From NCBI RefSeq assembly GCF_964355755.1, contig NC_092670.1:300201-364200 (forward strand): a DNA stretch of 64,000 nt. The letters are read 5' to 3'. This DNA comes from Antedon mediterranea. Taxonomy: Eukaryota; Animalia; Echinodermata. The position numbers and the translations under genes are program-made. The notes under the pieces were generated by a model. That model was not told the origin of the DNA. It saw only the letters and a program-made list of their open reading frames with translations, and did no database searches. Of this stretch, positions 50,801 through 61,942 are shown one piece after another (the stretch's first letter is position 1; the number at the start of each line of letters is the position of its first letter).

Positions 50801-53800
50801 GTAATATCGTACGTTGTAACGGCAAATTTGTTACATTACGAGAAACTATTTATCAGTCTTAACATTTAAATTCAGATAGGAAATTCTCGTAAAAACATCA
50901 CAATATTTATAAAACTTTTGAATTATATACTCTACATTTAAAACAAACATAATATTAATTTATAACATGAAAAAAATCAATAAAACCTACCTTTTTTTAT
51001 TTAATATTTATTCAGTTATTTTATGTCTAATTTCATTGAAATGTTGATAATGTAAATATTTTATATGTTTTCCCTTGAAACCATTTAATATTGTCTGTTT
51101 TGCTCTAATAAGTTTATCTAGTAGTGGTAAATCCCAGATTAGAGTGGTTGGATAAGCATCTTTTGCCGCGGTGTTCTTCACTAGATGAGTTTAGGCCTAG
51201 TGACTTTGTCCTGGTTTACACTTTGTCTTATGTTGGTTTTTTAGTTTATTCCAAGCTTACTTGTAAGTATTCTCTTAACTTGACCTAAGCTCACATGAAG
51301 TTTAATGCCATTTTGTGAAATGTTAGTCTATCTGCCTTTTAATTGACTTCTAAAATTTATCTTAAAATTAATGACATTTACATATAATTTCTTTTTGTTT
51401 CTATTTCATGTTTCAACTAAATTTTTAAAAAAATCATACAGAAAATCTTGTAAGTTGCCAGTCTAGTACAATTGCTAAGCTGTCCCTTTTTGTTACTTTT
51501 GGAAAATAAGTTAATTTTCAGCGGTACATGTAGCTTGGTTGTTTTTGGCAGGCTGTGTATGGGGAGTTTGTTAGCATCGTTTTCAACAAGATCAAAACCA
51601 CATTGTATCAGGATTTTTTAGTCTAAAAAACCTCGAGGGGGATATAACATTACAGCATATAACAAGTCTTTGCAAATTGAATTTTGCTCACATGATTACG
51701 TATCAAACTGAAGAGCCAAACATATGCAACTTTAATCACAATAATCATAATAATACACTACAACAAATTCTTATATAAAGATACTATTATATATAAATAT
51801 GTATGCAAAATTAAATTGAAACTACACATAATTTGCTATTTAGTAAGTGAAATATTTCCCAACAACAATACATAACATTTATATAATTAAAGTGCTTTGT
51901 TTTATATCATATCTAAACATTTATTTTAAAGGTCAATTATTTGATAAATGAAATTTACAAATTAAGTTAAAACAGTGTGTTTGAAAGCGGTTGAAGTTTA
52001 AGTTACTAGGGCACCAAGGGCTGCGGCCTCCTAGTGTGCTAGAGTATGGCACCAAAGGAGAGCCGGCTAGAGAATAAAGGATCATATGTTATTATTGTAA
52101 AACAGAGTCACTTTGTGAGCAACTCCTGGTGGTCCTCTCAACCAACTCCGTAAGACTGTAGCCAATATTTGCTAAATAATTTTTGTGTTCCTAATATCTG
52201 TTTTTAAGTAACAGTGTTAAAATGTAGTAATTTAAATTCTTGAGATTTTACAGATGTTACTTAAAAACAGATATTAGGAACACAAAAATTATTTAGCAAA
52301 TATTATAAGGAAAGCAATATTTATTTTTAAGTCAATCAATATGTAGTTTAAATACTTTTATAAGGTTTCATCATATAACATTTAGATTTCCCTTTTTTTT
52401 TTTGGTGTTTCAATGATTCAATTTAGATTCAGTCCTCGTTTGTAATGTGGTATTTATTAATACTGTTGTTTTATTAATAAGTTCTCTTATTAATAATCTA
52501 TTAGCCAGATGCAGATAATTTCCACCTTTCATTGCCAACTCGCTTTCCTACAGATGATCTCATTAAAAAAACATTTCTTGAAATTCATCTTGTAGAATAG
52601 ATAACCTTGACTGTACTACTAAAAGTGCCTATTTCTAGAAACGTTGAAAAGTATTTCATTAATTAATAACAGTCGCCTGCATAGTAATATTCCATCTTTC
52701 ACATGGTGTTAACAAAACCCCTTTTTCACATTTATAAACTAAAAATAATTGTTTAGAATCATTAAATGCTGGCTGCCACAGAGAAGAAAAATTGCTTCGT
52801 ATAAAACTTATAAAACACTATATTATTGAGAATTTATTATTTTGATTTATTTGATGATGATTTATTTTTTTCTGACTTTTATTATTCTCAATTACAATAA
52901 GATATTTTGAATTTAAAAAATCCACCCCACTTTTTAAAATCTAGTGTTTTGTGAGTCATGGTTTTTAACGACCTTGTAAAATATTGCGTTGTGATATTAT
53001 ATATATATTATATATTAGATGAATAATATTTGCAATTTATTTTTATTGCATATCCTAATTTGGAGGGATAATTTGATACAGAATGAATGACATTTTTTTT
53101 ATTATAATTTTCTCAGTTTTTTGTGATGGATTATATTAAAAAAATTACAGGGATAGTATGATGTTTTTCAATGATAGTAATATTATAGTACAGTGTGTTT
53201 AAAAGACTTAATCTAATTATAATGCAATATAAAATCTGATGAATTTCAAAATTTGCGTAATGTTCACAGTAGTAGTAGACAATGAAAGCTGATAATGCAG
53301 GTGTATGTATCATAGCTTGTGTAACATAGGTTCAGTTTCATCAGTTTGATGCGGGTCACCGAGTTTGATGTAGGTCAGCTTGTTCAGATATGGGTCAACG
53401 AGTTTGGATATGGGTCAGGGAATTTAGATATGGCACAATGCCAACTATTTCTTATTCCATGGTTTGAATTTGTAAATTACTACTGCTTTTTATTCCAAAT
53501 ATTTGTTACTAATAATATTATTTGTAAGGTAATATTTATCAACAGAATCAATTCATAGGTTTGATTATAATAAAAACCAAGAATGATGATGTCATATTTT
53601 AAGAATAAATAAGTACTAATTGAGTTAAAGTGAAGGATCAATTCAATCAAGTTCTTCACACAATGCTAATGACGAAGGACAAATGTACTAGTTCATTTTG
53701 TGTATTGCAAGAAAAAAAGGAAATTGTATGATTGAATTGTTCTAAATAAGGAAATTAACTGACAAGCATTATATTCAGCATTGCCCCAAAAGTAAGTGCT

Positions 53801-54086
53801 ATGCTCTGAGCATCATAATAAAAAGTACAAAAAACTAATTAAGTCAGCCTTTTTATCTGTCTTTTCAAATTTTTACAATATTTATGTTTATGATTATTAT
53901 TACAATTTGTTATAAAAAGTGTTTTTTATTATTTTTTAAAAATTTATATTTTACAGATACTCCTTTAAGACACACAGCGACGAATTTGATTCCGGTGTCG
54001 TCCATGAAATCATCTCTGATGACTTTGCCGTCCTTCCCCATTTCAAAGGCAAAATTATTGGGAAAGTGGAATCAGTAGATTCGTAG
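35016..54086 (+). CDS. axin: Axin, spliced CDS join(35016..35848,38699..38857,42556..42661,44894..45031,46286..46830,47397..47519,48783..48983,49204..49275,49434..49607,53957..54086), 2481 nt, 826 aa
   Basis: Manual splicing at GT-AG sites gives a continuous frame with Axin motifs in order: [21 protein letters not shown] plus [26 protein letters not shown]3 helix, [28 protein letters not shown], and a DIX domain ending [11 protein letters not shown]. Confidence 0.96.
38699..38857 (+). CDS. axin: Axin coding exon 2
   Basis: ttttctag| [53 protein letters not shown] |gtaagt. Resembles the vertebrate Axin segment [26 protein letters not shown]; phase 2 at both ends. Confidence 0.93.
42556..42661 (+). 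CDS. axin: Axin coding exon 3
   Basis: ctttttttccag| (V)[35 protein letters not shown] |gtaagt. SVQVNG is a conserved Axin motif. Confidence 0.93.
43639..44638 (+). mobile_element. 1.0-kb non-autonomous PIF/Harbinger element in an Axin intron
   Basis: tta|gggcctgttcagacctacggagttatgctttcgtat ... atacgaaagcataactccgtaggtctgaacataccc|tta. Confidence 0.9.
44021..44360 (+). pseudogene. Frameshifted Myb/SANT-like (trihelix) DNA-binding protein of the Harbinger element
   Basis: [44 protein letters not shown], a frameshift near 44178, then [37 protein letters not shown]; a typical trihelix pattern. Confidence 0.8.
44894..45031 (+). CDS. axin: Axin coding exon 4: GSK3-binding helix
   Basis: ttttgtag| [46 protein letters not shown] |gtgggt. 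Matches the PxxFAxxLxxRLE GSK3-interaction pattern; phase 0 at both ends. Confidence 0.93.
46286..46830 (+). CDS. axin: Axin coding exon 5: beta-catenin-binding segment and low-complexity linker
   Basis: tttttag| [42 protein letters not shown] |gtatga. Includes ORF 46382..46888 from the track. Confidence 0.93.
47397..47519 (+). CDS. axin: Axin coding exon 6
   Basis: tttgcag| [40 protein letters not shown] |gtttgt. IVQWL resembles vertebrate KIMQWI; phase 2 at both ends. Confidence 0.85.
48783..48983 (+). CDS. axin: Axin coding exon 7
   Basis: ttttcatag| ..[30 protein letters not shown].. |gtaaga. Conserved FxQDPxMP..LEEARRRL segment. Confidence 0.93.
49204..49275 (+). CDS. axin: Axin coding exon 8 (72 nt, frame-preserving, possibly a cassette exon)
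   Basis: ttaattttag| [24 protein letters not shown] |gtaagt. Open frame, phase 2 at both ends, strong splice sites, no recognised motif. Confidence 0.7.
49434..49607 (+). CDS. axin: Axin coding exon 9: N-terminal half of DIX
   Basis: aaatag| ..[41 protein letters not shown] |gttggt. Confidence 0.96.
50181..50310. repeat. 42-bp tandem repeat, 3 copies
   Basis: Unit gatacatcggcattcattcattcactccttctatatctcttt. Confidence 0.95.
52164..52304. repeat. Perfect 50-bp inverted repeat with a 41-nt spacer in the last Axin intron
   Basis: 52164-52213 is the reverse complement of 52255-52304. Confidence 0.92.
53957..54086 (+). CDS. axin: Axin last coding exon: C-terminal half of DIX and stop
   Basis: ttttacag| [45 protein letters not shown] at 54084-54086. 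Confidence 0.96.
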
Positions 54087-54188
54087 TAATTTCCCACTTT
54101 TTAATTTTATAATATAAAGATTTAGAGAATTTATATAGATTATTTTTTTAATGTCTGTATTAACTGACATTTTGAAGGAAAAGTGTGA

Positions 54189-54600
54189 TTTGATCCAGTC
54201 TGGTCTTTCTTGTTTCATTTAAATAAACTGAAACAAACTGGTTTGATCCAGTCTGGTCATTCTGGTTTAGTGTATTTAACTGGTTTAATTTAAATGAACT
54301 GAAACAAACTGGTTTGATCCAGTCTGGTCACTCTTGTTTAGTGTATTTAACTGGTTTCATTTAAATAAACTGAAACAAACTGGTTTGATCCAGTCTGGTC
54401 ACTCTTGTTTAGTGTATTTAACTGGTTTCATTTAAATAAACTGAAACAAACTGGTTTGATCCAGTCTGGTCACTCTTGTTTAGTGTATTATAACTGGTTT
54501 CATTTAAATAAACTGAAACAAACTGGTTTGATCCAGCCTTGTTACTCTTTTTTAGAGTATTTAACTGGTTTAATTTAAATAGACTAACCTTGACTGGTTT
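54189..54600. repeat. 71-bp tandem array (about 5-6 units) just after the Axin stop codon
   Basis: Unit ggtttgatccagtctggtcactcttgtttagtgtatttaactggtttcatttaaataaactgaaacaaact. Confidence 0.93.
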
Positions 54601-54824
54601 AATCAAGATTTTGAAAGGTCTAAAACAAACCATTGGTATATGCTTATCTGATTGTAACTACTTTGACCAGGTAAAGCGTGTGACAATAAGTTCACAGTTC
54701 AATTTACAATTCATTGTTGTGTATTAATTATTTTACAAATGATAAACAAAAAAAAATATTTATATATTTATTATTTTAAGATGTGTTTATTTTGTTAACA
54801 CTCCTTTATCTATGTTTAAATACT

Positions 54825-55480
54825 GTATTGATCATGGGTTTGGTATTATAGATTATTGATCAATGCTATATTGATTATATATTATAGATTTATAATCAAT
54901 ATTACATTGTTCATTGATTATATATTATAATTTGGTGATCAATACTATATTGAATGAACATAGATTATGTTATAGATTTATTATCAATATTATATTGTTT
55001 ATTGATTAAATATAATAGGTTGGTGATCAATACTATATTGTTCATTGATTATGTTATAGATTTATTATCAATATTATATTGTTTATTGATTACATATAAT
55101 AGGTTGGTGATCAATACTATATTGTTCATTGATTATGTTATAGATTTATTATCAATATCATATTGTTTATTGATTAAATATTATAGGTTGGTGATCAATA
55201 CTATATTGAATGAACACAGATTATGTTATAGATTTATTATCAATATTATATTGTTTATTGATTAAATATTATAGGTTGGTGATCAATAATTTATTGATCA
55301 TTGCTTATATATTATAAGATGGTGATCAGTACTATTATATTGATCATTGAATTTATATTATAGATTTATAATCAATTATACTATATTGATCATTAATTAT
55401 ATATTAAAGGTTGGTGATCAATAATATATTGACCAATGATTATATGTTATAGATTTATTATCAATACTGTTTTGATCATT
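54825..55480. repeat. AT-rich minisatellite with alternating unit variants
   Basis: Alternating ataggttggtgatcaatactatattg and atagatttattatcaatattatattg units; explains ORF 54954..55265. Confidence 0.88.
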
Positions 55481-58075
55481 TAAATTTGAAAATATAAAAT
55501 CCGATTTAAATCTCTAAAAATGAGTGTTAATTTCAATCAAGCAAATCAAATTTTAGAGGGGAGTGCTGAAAAGAGATAATAAGTCAGTAACATATTAAGT
55601 ATGTATGTCAGTAACATAAGTCAGTAACATAAGTCAGTAACATATTCTCAAGGTTTTCTCTGATTAATTACTGTTTATACTAATTAGGTTGCAGATCTCA
55701 GAGGACTATCAATGCCCTGTAGTTCATTAAATCATTTAAAACAATAAGCTAAATGCAGAGCTCATGTTCACCGCATTCCCATTTACTTTTTAAATACTAG
55801 AAATTTCATTTGAAATAAGTTATATCTCTTAATTGCTTCAAAAAAACTAAAACATTTCTTTTCATCTGTTCATAATCAATGAAATATCTTTGTACTTATA
55901 ACCTAGAATTGCTTGGCATCAAAATTTACATTTTATGTACATTTTGCAATCAACCAGTTTAAGTGTTCAAAATTCCTTTTAAAATTAATTGTATCCCTAA
56001 ATTGCTTGGCATATTTTTTCTTTCTGGTGTATTGGAAAAAAAATTACTTTTAAGAGTTAGTGCCCTTGTAAAAATGTATTAACAAGGATTCTTTTGTTTA
56101 AAAGTAGGTCTCTCTTACTTAACAAAAAACATCATTGCAGAACCACTATTAAATTAATGCCATATGTGACTCAATTGAGATATATATCTACTGATTATAA
56201 CAGTCACATTATAGTCAAGAGTATCATACAAAATCATATTTAAAATTTGAATTATTTTGTTTTCTCAATTTAATATGAAATGGCTTAAGTTTGTATAATT
56301 TACAAACTTAAATATCTTGATAAATGTTCACATTTTGCAATTTCATTTATCAAACAATTTAGATGTTAGATAAATTAAAATAATTTTAATATAATAAATT
56401 AATACTGAATTGGTCAAAATTTAATATTAAAGAATTATTATCTCAAAAGTAAGGAAACTGCTTATGTTAAATAACAACAACAAAATCAAACGTAAATAAA
56501 TGAATACAAAATCTTAGAAACCCTCAATTGTCTAAACCCATTTTTTTACATTTTCAATACAGATAATATTTTCATTAAAAAAAAATTCACAAATTTTCAT
56601 TTGAAATTATCACAAATTTTCCTTCAAATATGTGTACAAAATTGATCAGAATGATATGATATTATTAGTACAAAAGCTGGGGAGAGGAAACTAGGTGGAT
56701 ATGTTGTGTACAAACACTGCAGGTATATAGTAGCTACAACTATTTGTACATTTAGCTATTAAAGTGTATATAAATGTATATATTGAGTTTGTTTTTAAAA
56801 TCATTATTATTGTAATAAATGTAAATATATAAAGATAGTAAATACAGTTTCAAGATTAAATTTGTTTATTATTTATTATTATTATTTTTATTATTTTATT
56901 ATTATTGTTATGACAAATAGAAAATATTTAATAAACAAGATACATTGCTGCAGTTGTTTGCTATCTTTGTCGTCATCACTATATTTTCTTGTATTATTGT
57001 TATGTGTATACAAAAACTTTATAATATATATTTTAACAGTCAAATATTACTGTGTTGTTTCTCTGTTTTATTTAGTCTTCTGTGATTACTGATTTTAAAA
57101 GAGACGCAAGATTAATTGTTTTGATTAAATAATTGGTGACTTAAAACATTGGTGTGCAAGGGTGCAAATATTAGTAAAAACAACTTCATCTTGGAAAAAT
57201 ATAATTTCAAAACATATCAAGCAATTACTGACAGACAGACAGACACAGAATAGACTAATGGATATCCAACAACATCACATGATACAATAATTATGGCAGA
57301 TAAAATTTACAAGAGATAAATTATAATAATTACACATTCAATTAGTTTGAATGTTTCAGATCATTAAAAGAAGTAAATTGATGAAGAAGATTTGATGGAT
57401 TCATACAGTTCAATATTCTGAAGGTTTTTGTTAAACTCTACTACTACTACGATAAAGTTGAATTTCAAACCTATGCATATGAAAGCATAAAGAAAGTACA
57501 AGAAACAAATATTCAACCCAGTCAACCTTGACATGAAAGGTCAGTTTCTATTCCAAATTATGTTATACAATATTAAATTATGAGTATAAAGATAATGCAG
57601 TTTACATTCTGTCTATTAACAAGTTAGTATGTACTTAAATTTTAGTTTCAACTACAGGACTACAGTCTGAATAGCATGATTGATTGATTAAAATATTAAA
57701 TTGAAGTTATTTTGAATTAAATATTAATTGTCATTTCACTTATGATAATATTAGGCCATGGTTTTTTTCTTATTTTGAATTTGAAGAGTTTAAAATGAAA
57801 AATTTACAAATAATTTTGTTGATAAATGTAATGCTTGAGGGCGCTATGTACAAATAACTGATGCTCACAGCTTTGATAAATCAAACGAAAAAAATGTATT
57901 GTAAGCAGTTTTCTTAGTATAAATAGATCTTGTACTATAAGTTTAAATAGAGAAGAGGACATATTTTGTAGTATATCAGATCATGGATTAAAGAATAGAA
58001 GGATATGCATCGACGTGAGATCAAGGGTTCCTTGACTCTCGCCGACAGACCGCGGACCGCCCACAATGTTACAGT

Positions 58076-58174
58076 TTAAAGGAGCTCCATTGGCTACCGG
58101 TGCAGGCACGCATAAAGTATAAGTTACTTGTACACACCTTCAAGGCATTGCATGATCAGGAGCCGACTTACATC
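58076..58174 (+). mobile_element. L2-clade LINE ORF2 C-terminal fragment
   Basis: Translates LKELHWLPVQARIKYKLLVHTFKALHDQEPTYI, the classic LHWLPV..RI.YK..FKAL motif. Confidence 0.85.
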
Positions 58175-58391
58175 AAAGGGCCTGTTTCTGCTGCAACTGC
58201 TCAAAATACGGTATAAAAATACGGTATAAAATACGGTATTTTTTATACCGTATTTTTTAGTACCCCGTTTCTGCTAATAATACTTCTTGGGTGGTCGTGT
58301 TAAATTTTACCCAAATTGCCATTCATTTATTTGATCGATAATTAAAAGTCGCAATAAAGGAAGTTTTACGTCTCACTTTCAACAGCCTAGC

Positions 58392-58520
58392 CAGGCCCGT
58401 AGCCAGGGTTTTTTTTGGGGTTCGGGCGAACCCCCCCTTCCCCCTTTTTGCGTGAACCCCCCCCCCCCCCCTTTTACCAGCGAACCCCCCCTTGAAAAAC
58501 AAAGGCCCCACTTCCAAAAT
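58392..58520. mobile_element. hAT-like MITE end (truncated)
   Basis: caggcccgtagccaggg..ggggttcgggcgaacccccc with repeated gaacccccc; the other end was not found. Confidence 0.45.
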
Positions 58521-58630
58521 CGTGCAATTAATTATCAATTATATCAGATTTTTTAGTCATTTTACTTCTATTGACGATGTTTAAATCGATCGAATATACA
58601 GATTGTCCGATGTCAAAGTCACTGCTGAGC

Positions 58631-61600
58631 TAGACTTGCCCCAAGTCTGTATTATCTTTTTTTTTTTATTTATTTGTTTTTATTTCGACCGCGATTTTTG
58701 TCTGAAAATACAGACTTGTGAAACACGTATAGAAATCGATTTGCCGACCGCAAACATACGATAAGAATGACGTAGGTTATCATACCGTATTTGGCTATAT
58801 GGGGCGGGCGGTATGTAAATATGGATTTCGAATCAACCAATGATCATTTTGTTTCAAAATGAAAGAGATCGAGTACGTAGGCCTACCAGTGCTTAATGTA
58901 CGATCGAGACTGTTGAAATATAAAGTAGTAATGCCAAGTTGTTTTGTTTATTAATTGTTTAGTCCTTGGCCTATGCCTCTTTCGTAGGTCCTACTAAACT
59001 CGCACGTATGACCTGCCAAATAAAACGCCAATGAAGTAGGCCTACATACCACCGGCACACAACAGGGCTACATCACCACCCAGAACAGGACAGGGTCTCG
59101 GTGGGAATTAAATCAAAATTATCTCCGCGTAATAAATGATCCATTCAACAGTGGGAAAGCCACTTCGCGTTTTGACCGTTAAATCGTGTAAAATCGACTT
59201 ACTTCCGCATTGACGATTTTGAAGCGCCACCTATCGTTGAAAACTGAAACCACGATTTTTCGTCGCCTAGCAAATAAGTGCTGTTTTATTTTAAGCTCTC
59301 ATGAATATTTAAGAACCGCCCAACATTACCTATTATGGTAAAATCATTTCCTAATAAGTATAATTGAATAACCAATCGGTTTCCTTCAAAGAAACCGAAG
59401 CTAATACAATACATTCGGCGACTGAAGTCGGGACTCGTGAAATTTATAAATGTGGTACGATTTGACTACTGTTTTGTTGTCCATTTTCTGAATAGTCGGA
59501 GGTGCATCCCAACAAATTAAAAAGATTATAATCAATTGTTTTATCAAGAATAATATTAGTTTAATCGAGTATGATATATGTCTATCCTGTTCAAAATTTG
59601 TTGGTGTATTCTCAGGCCTCGAAAGGTAGGTACATTTTCTAGCTGTGAGCGTGGTTTCGGCAACGCGAGACTAGACACGTGTGTCAGTATAGGCGATAGC
59701 GAGACGTGTGTTGTACACTGTGTTGATGCTGATCCGCGATAGTCGTTAATATAAGTTGTACTGATTACGAGTATCATTGGTCCTGGCCGGCCTAGCCTGG
59801 TGATCTGATCCCCCCAAAAAAATACTTTTTTTCAATCAGTATTAATATTATTATTTAATTTTTCATTTATTATTTGATTTATTAGGCTCAATAGATGCCT
59901 AGCTAGGTTACTAGTAGGCCTAGATTATATAAATAATAATAGCAAATACTGTAATAATTAATTAATAAAATACAGCTTCCATTTGACATTAACATTTTTT
60001 TTAAAATAATATTATTTTCAGGAATCGTTGATGATGCAGAGTTCTTTGTCTTTGTGACTTCAAACTGAGAGTGAAGTGGATAAAAAGATGACACCGGTAC
60101 CTACCGACATTGTCATACCCAAACTATAATTTAATTATTTAAAACAAAATGTTGAATTACAAATATATGTATGTTGCAGAGGATTTAGATGAATTACAAT
60201 ACAAATATTTATGTTGAATGCAAACCTACTACACTATACTCTGTAAATTATGTTATTGTCATGTGGTAGACCTTAAAAATTGAATATTTATTGTATGTTA
60301 GGCCTATTTTATATTTTATTAATACTGTATTTTAATATTACTATTAATTTATATTATACAGTACTAGTTTGTACATGTTTTTACCCAAAAAAAATGAATA
60401 AATAATTTGTTATTCAATCTAATTGCTTGTTTGTTCATCAATAACAAAACAATTGTAAGCAAGTATATAACAGTTCTTGTTAGCCGCTTATTTCAGGTCA
60501 TATTATTAATATTAGCTAGGCCCGACGCGCTCGATCACAACGTCACTAAGTGACTTTCCGCCCCTGGAACAATCGCTCGCTAATAATAGGGCTAGGCCTC
60601 GGACTCGTATAAAAGCTATTATAATAGTTATGATAAATATTCCTCAACTAAAATGTATACTGTGATAAATAAACAAGTAATAATATACGTTGTATTGGAA
60701 TGTATTTATTTATATGAATTCTTATACGCGGACAATTATAAACATCGCGTATATCGTTCGCTATAAATAAATTCATAAACACGATGACGATGTGTTTACA
60801 AAATGGCGGTTTCGCTAGTTTTCGATGGAACAAATAGTGGTACCTTTAGTTTGAATAGTCGGAGCTGCATCCCAACCACCGAATTTTGTATCTTAATATC
60901 GTATTCTGTAGATTATTAATTTTTCTAACAGGGATTTTAAATTCAGGACTGTTCAATTTTTTCTAAATATTTTATTTTAACGATTTTCTAGGGTACAATT
61001 TCGGAAAAAAGACATTGGTTGATTTTGCCGTTAAATTACAGATTATCGTTTTGTTCAAATACATTTAATTTTACATGACAATATATTAAAACCATTTATG
61101 AATTTATTTCACTAACAATATTTTTCCGATAATCAGCTAAATTTACAAATATTGTGTTTTTCCAACACCCTAAAATTTAGCAATTTTGAACTAAATTAGA
61201 AAAGTAGGGCGCCCTCTCCGAGTCGAAATTTGACACGATTTGTCGACTGGCTGTCCCACTGTCAATGTTTGATTTGCGGAGAATAGCCTATCATATATCA
61301 AGACGAGTTTTCATGTTTCAAAGATCCCATAAAATGTTTACCACAGACTAGAGGCATATAAAATAATTTCTAGCCTTCAGAACTTTCATAAATGTACCCA
61401 AGTACACATTGTCTAAACGTAACATAGCGCATGCGCATCATCTTAGTTGTTGAGTCTTTGAAATTCTGAAATATGAATATTTACACGGTGTACGAGTGAG
61501 TAGCCAATCGCATGCAGCTAAAACTAGTCAACCGGATAATCGTATGCACCAAGAATTCTTGGTGTCAAACCACGTGACTTGTGCGTGTTTCCCCAGACGG

Positions 61601-61701
61601 AGTATCCAAAATCAAGTAGTATACGTATGAAACGCCATCTGTGCCAAAATATTTATCTTTTAACTAATATTAAGACAAAACTCCGTCTGGAACCCAGACT
61701 A
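58631..61701 (+). mobile_element. TAG..CTA element of about 0.96 kb, copy 1, interrupted by a 2.1-kb insertion
   Basis: tagacttgccccaagtct ... gtctggaacccagacta; TSD ctgctgagc at 58622-58630 and 61702-61710. Both halves match copy 2 in reverse complement. Confidence 0.88.
59149..61261. mobile_element. 2.1-kb non-autonomous DNA transposon with CAGTGGGA termini
   Basis: tcaa|cagtgggaaagcca ... tggctgtcccactg|tcaa; the empty site ccattcaatg is present in copy 2. Superfamily unresolved. Confidence 0.82.
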
Positions 61702-61942
61702 CTGCTGAGCGTGAGATCGAGAGATTGTTGAGAGATGATGGTTATAAATATGACAGAAAAATGGACTGACCAATCGCGTGCTTCGGCCGGGCTTTTCGGA
61801 ACGCACAAGATCACGTTCAGTTCAGTTCAATCTTTTTGGGGACTTTTATTTTTTTCCTGGAAATATTTTTCATTAAACCAAAGAATTTCACTGTGTAAAC
61901 TTTCACTGTGCTGAGTTAAATTGGTACGTGTACGTAGGCCTA

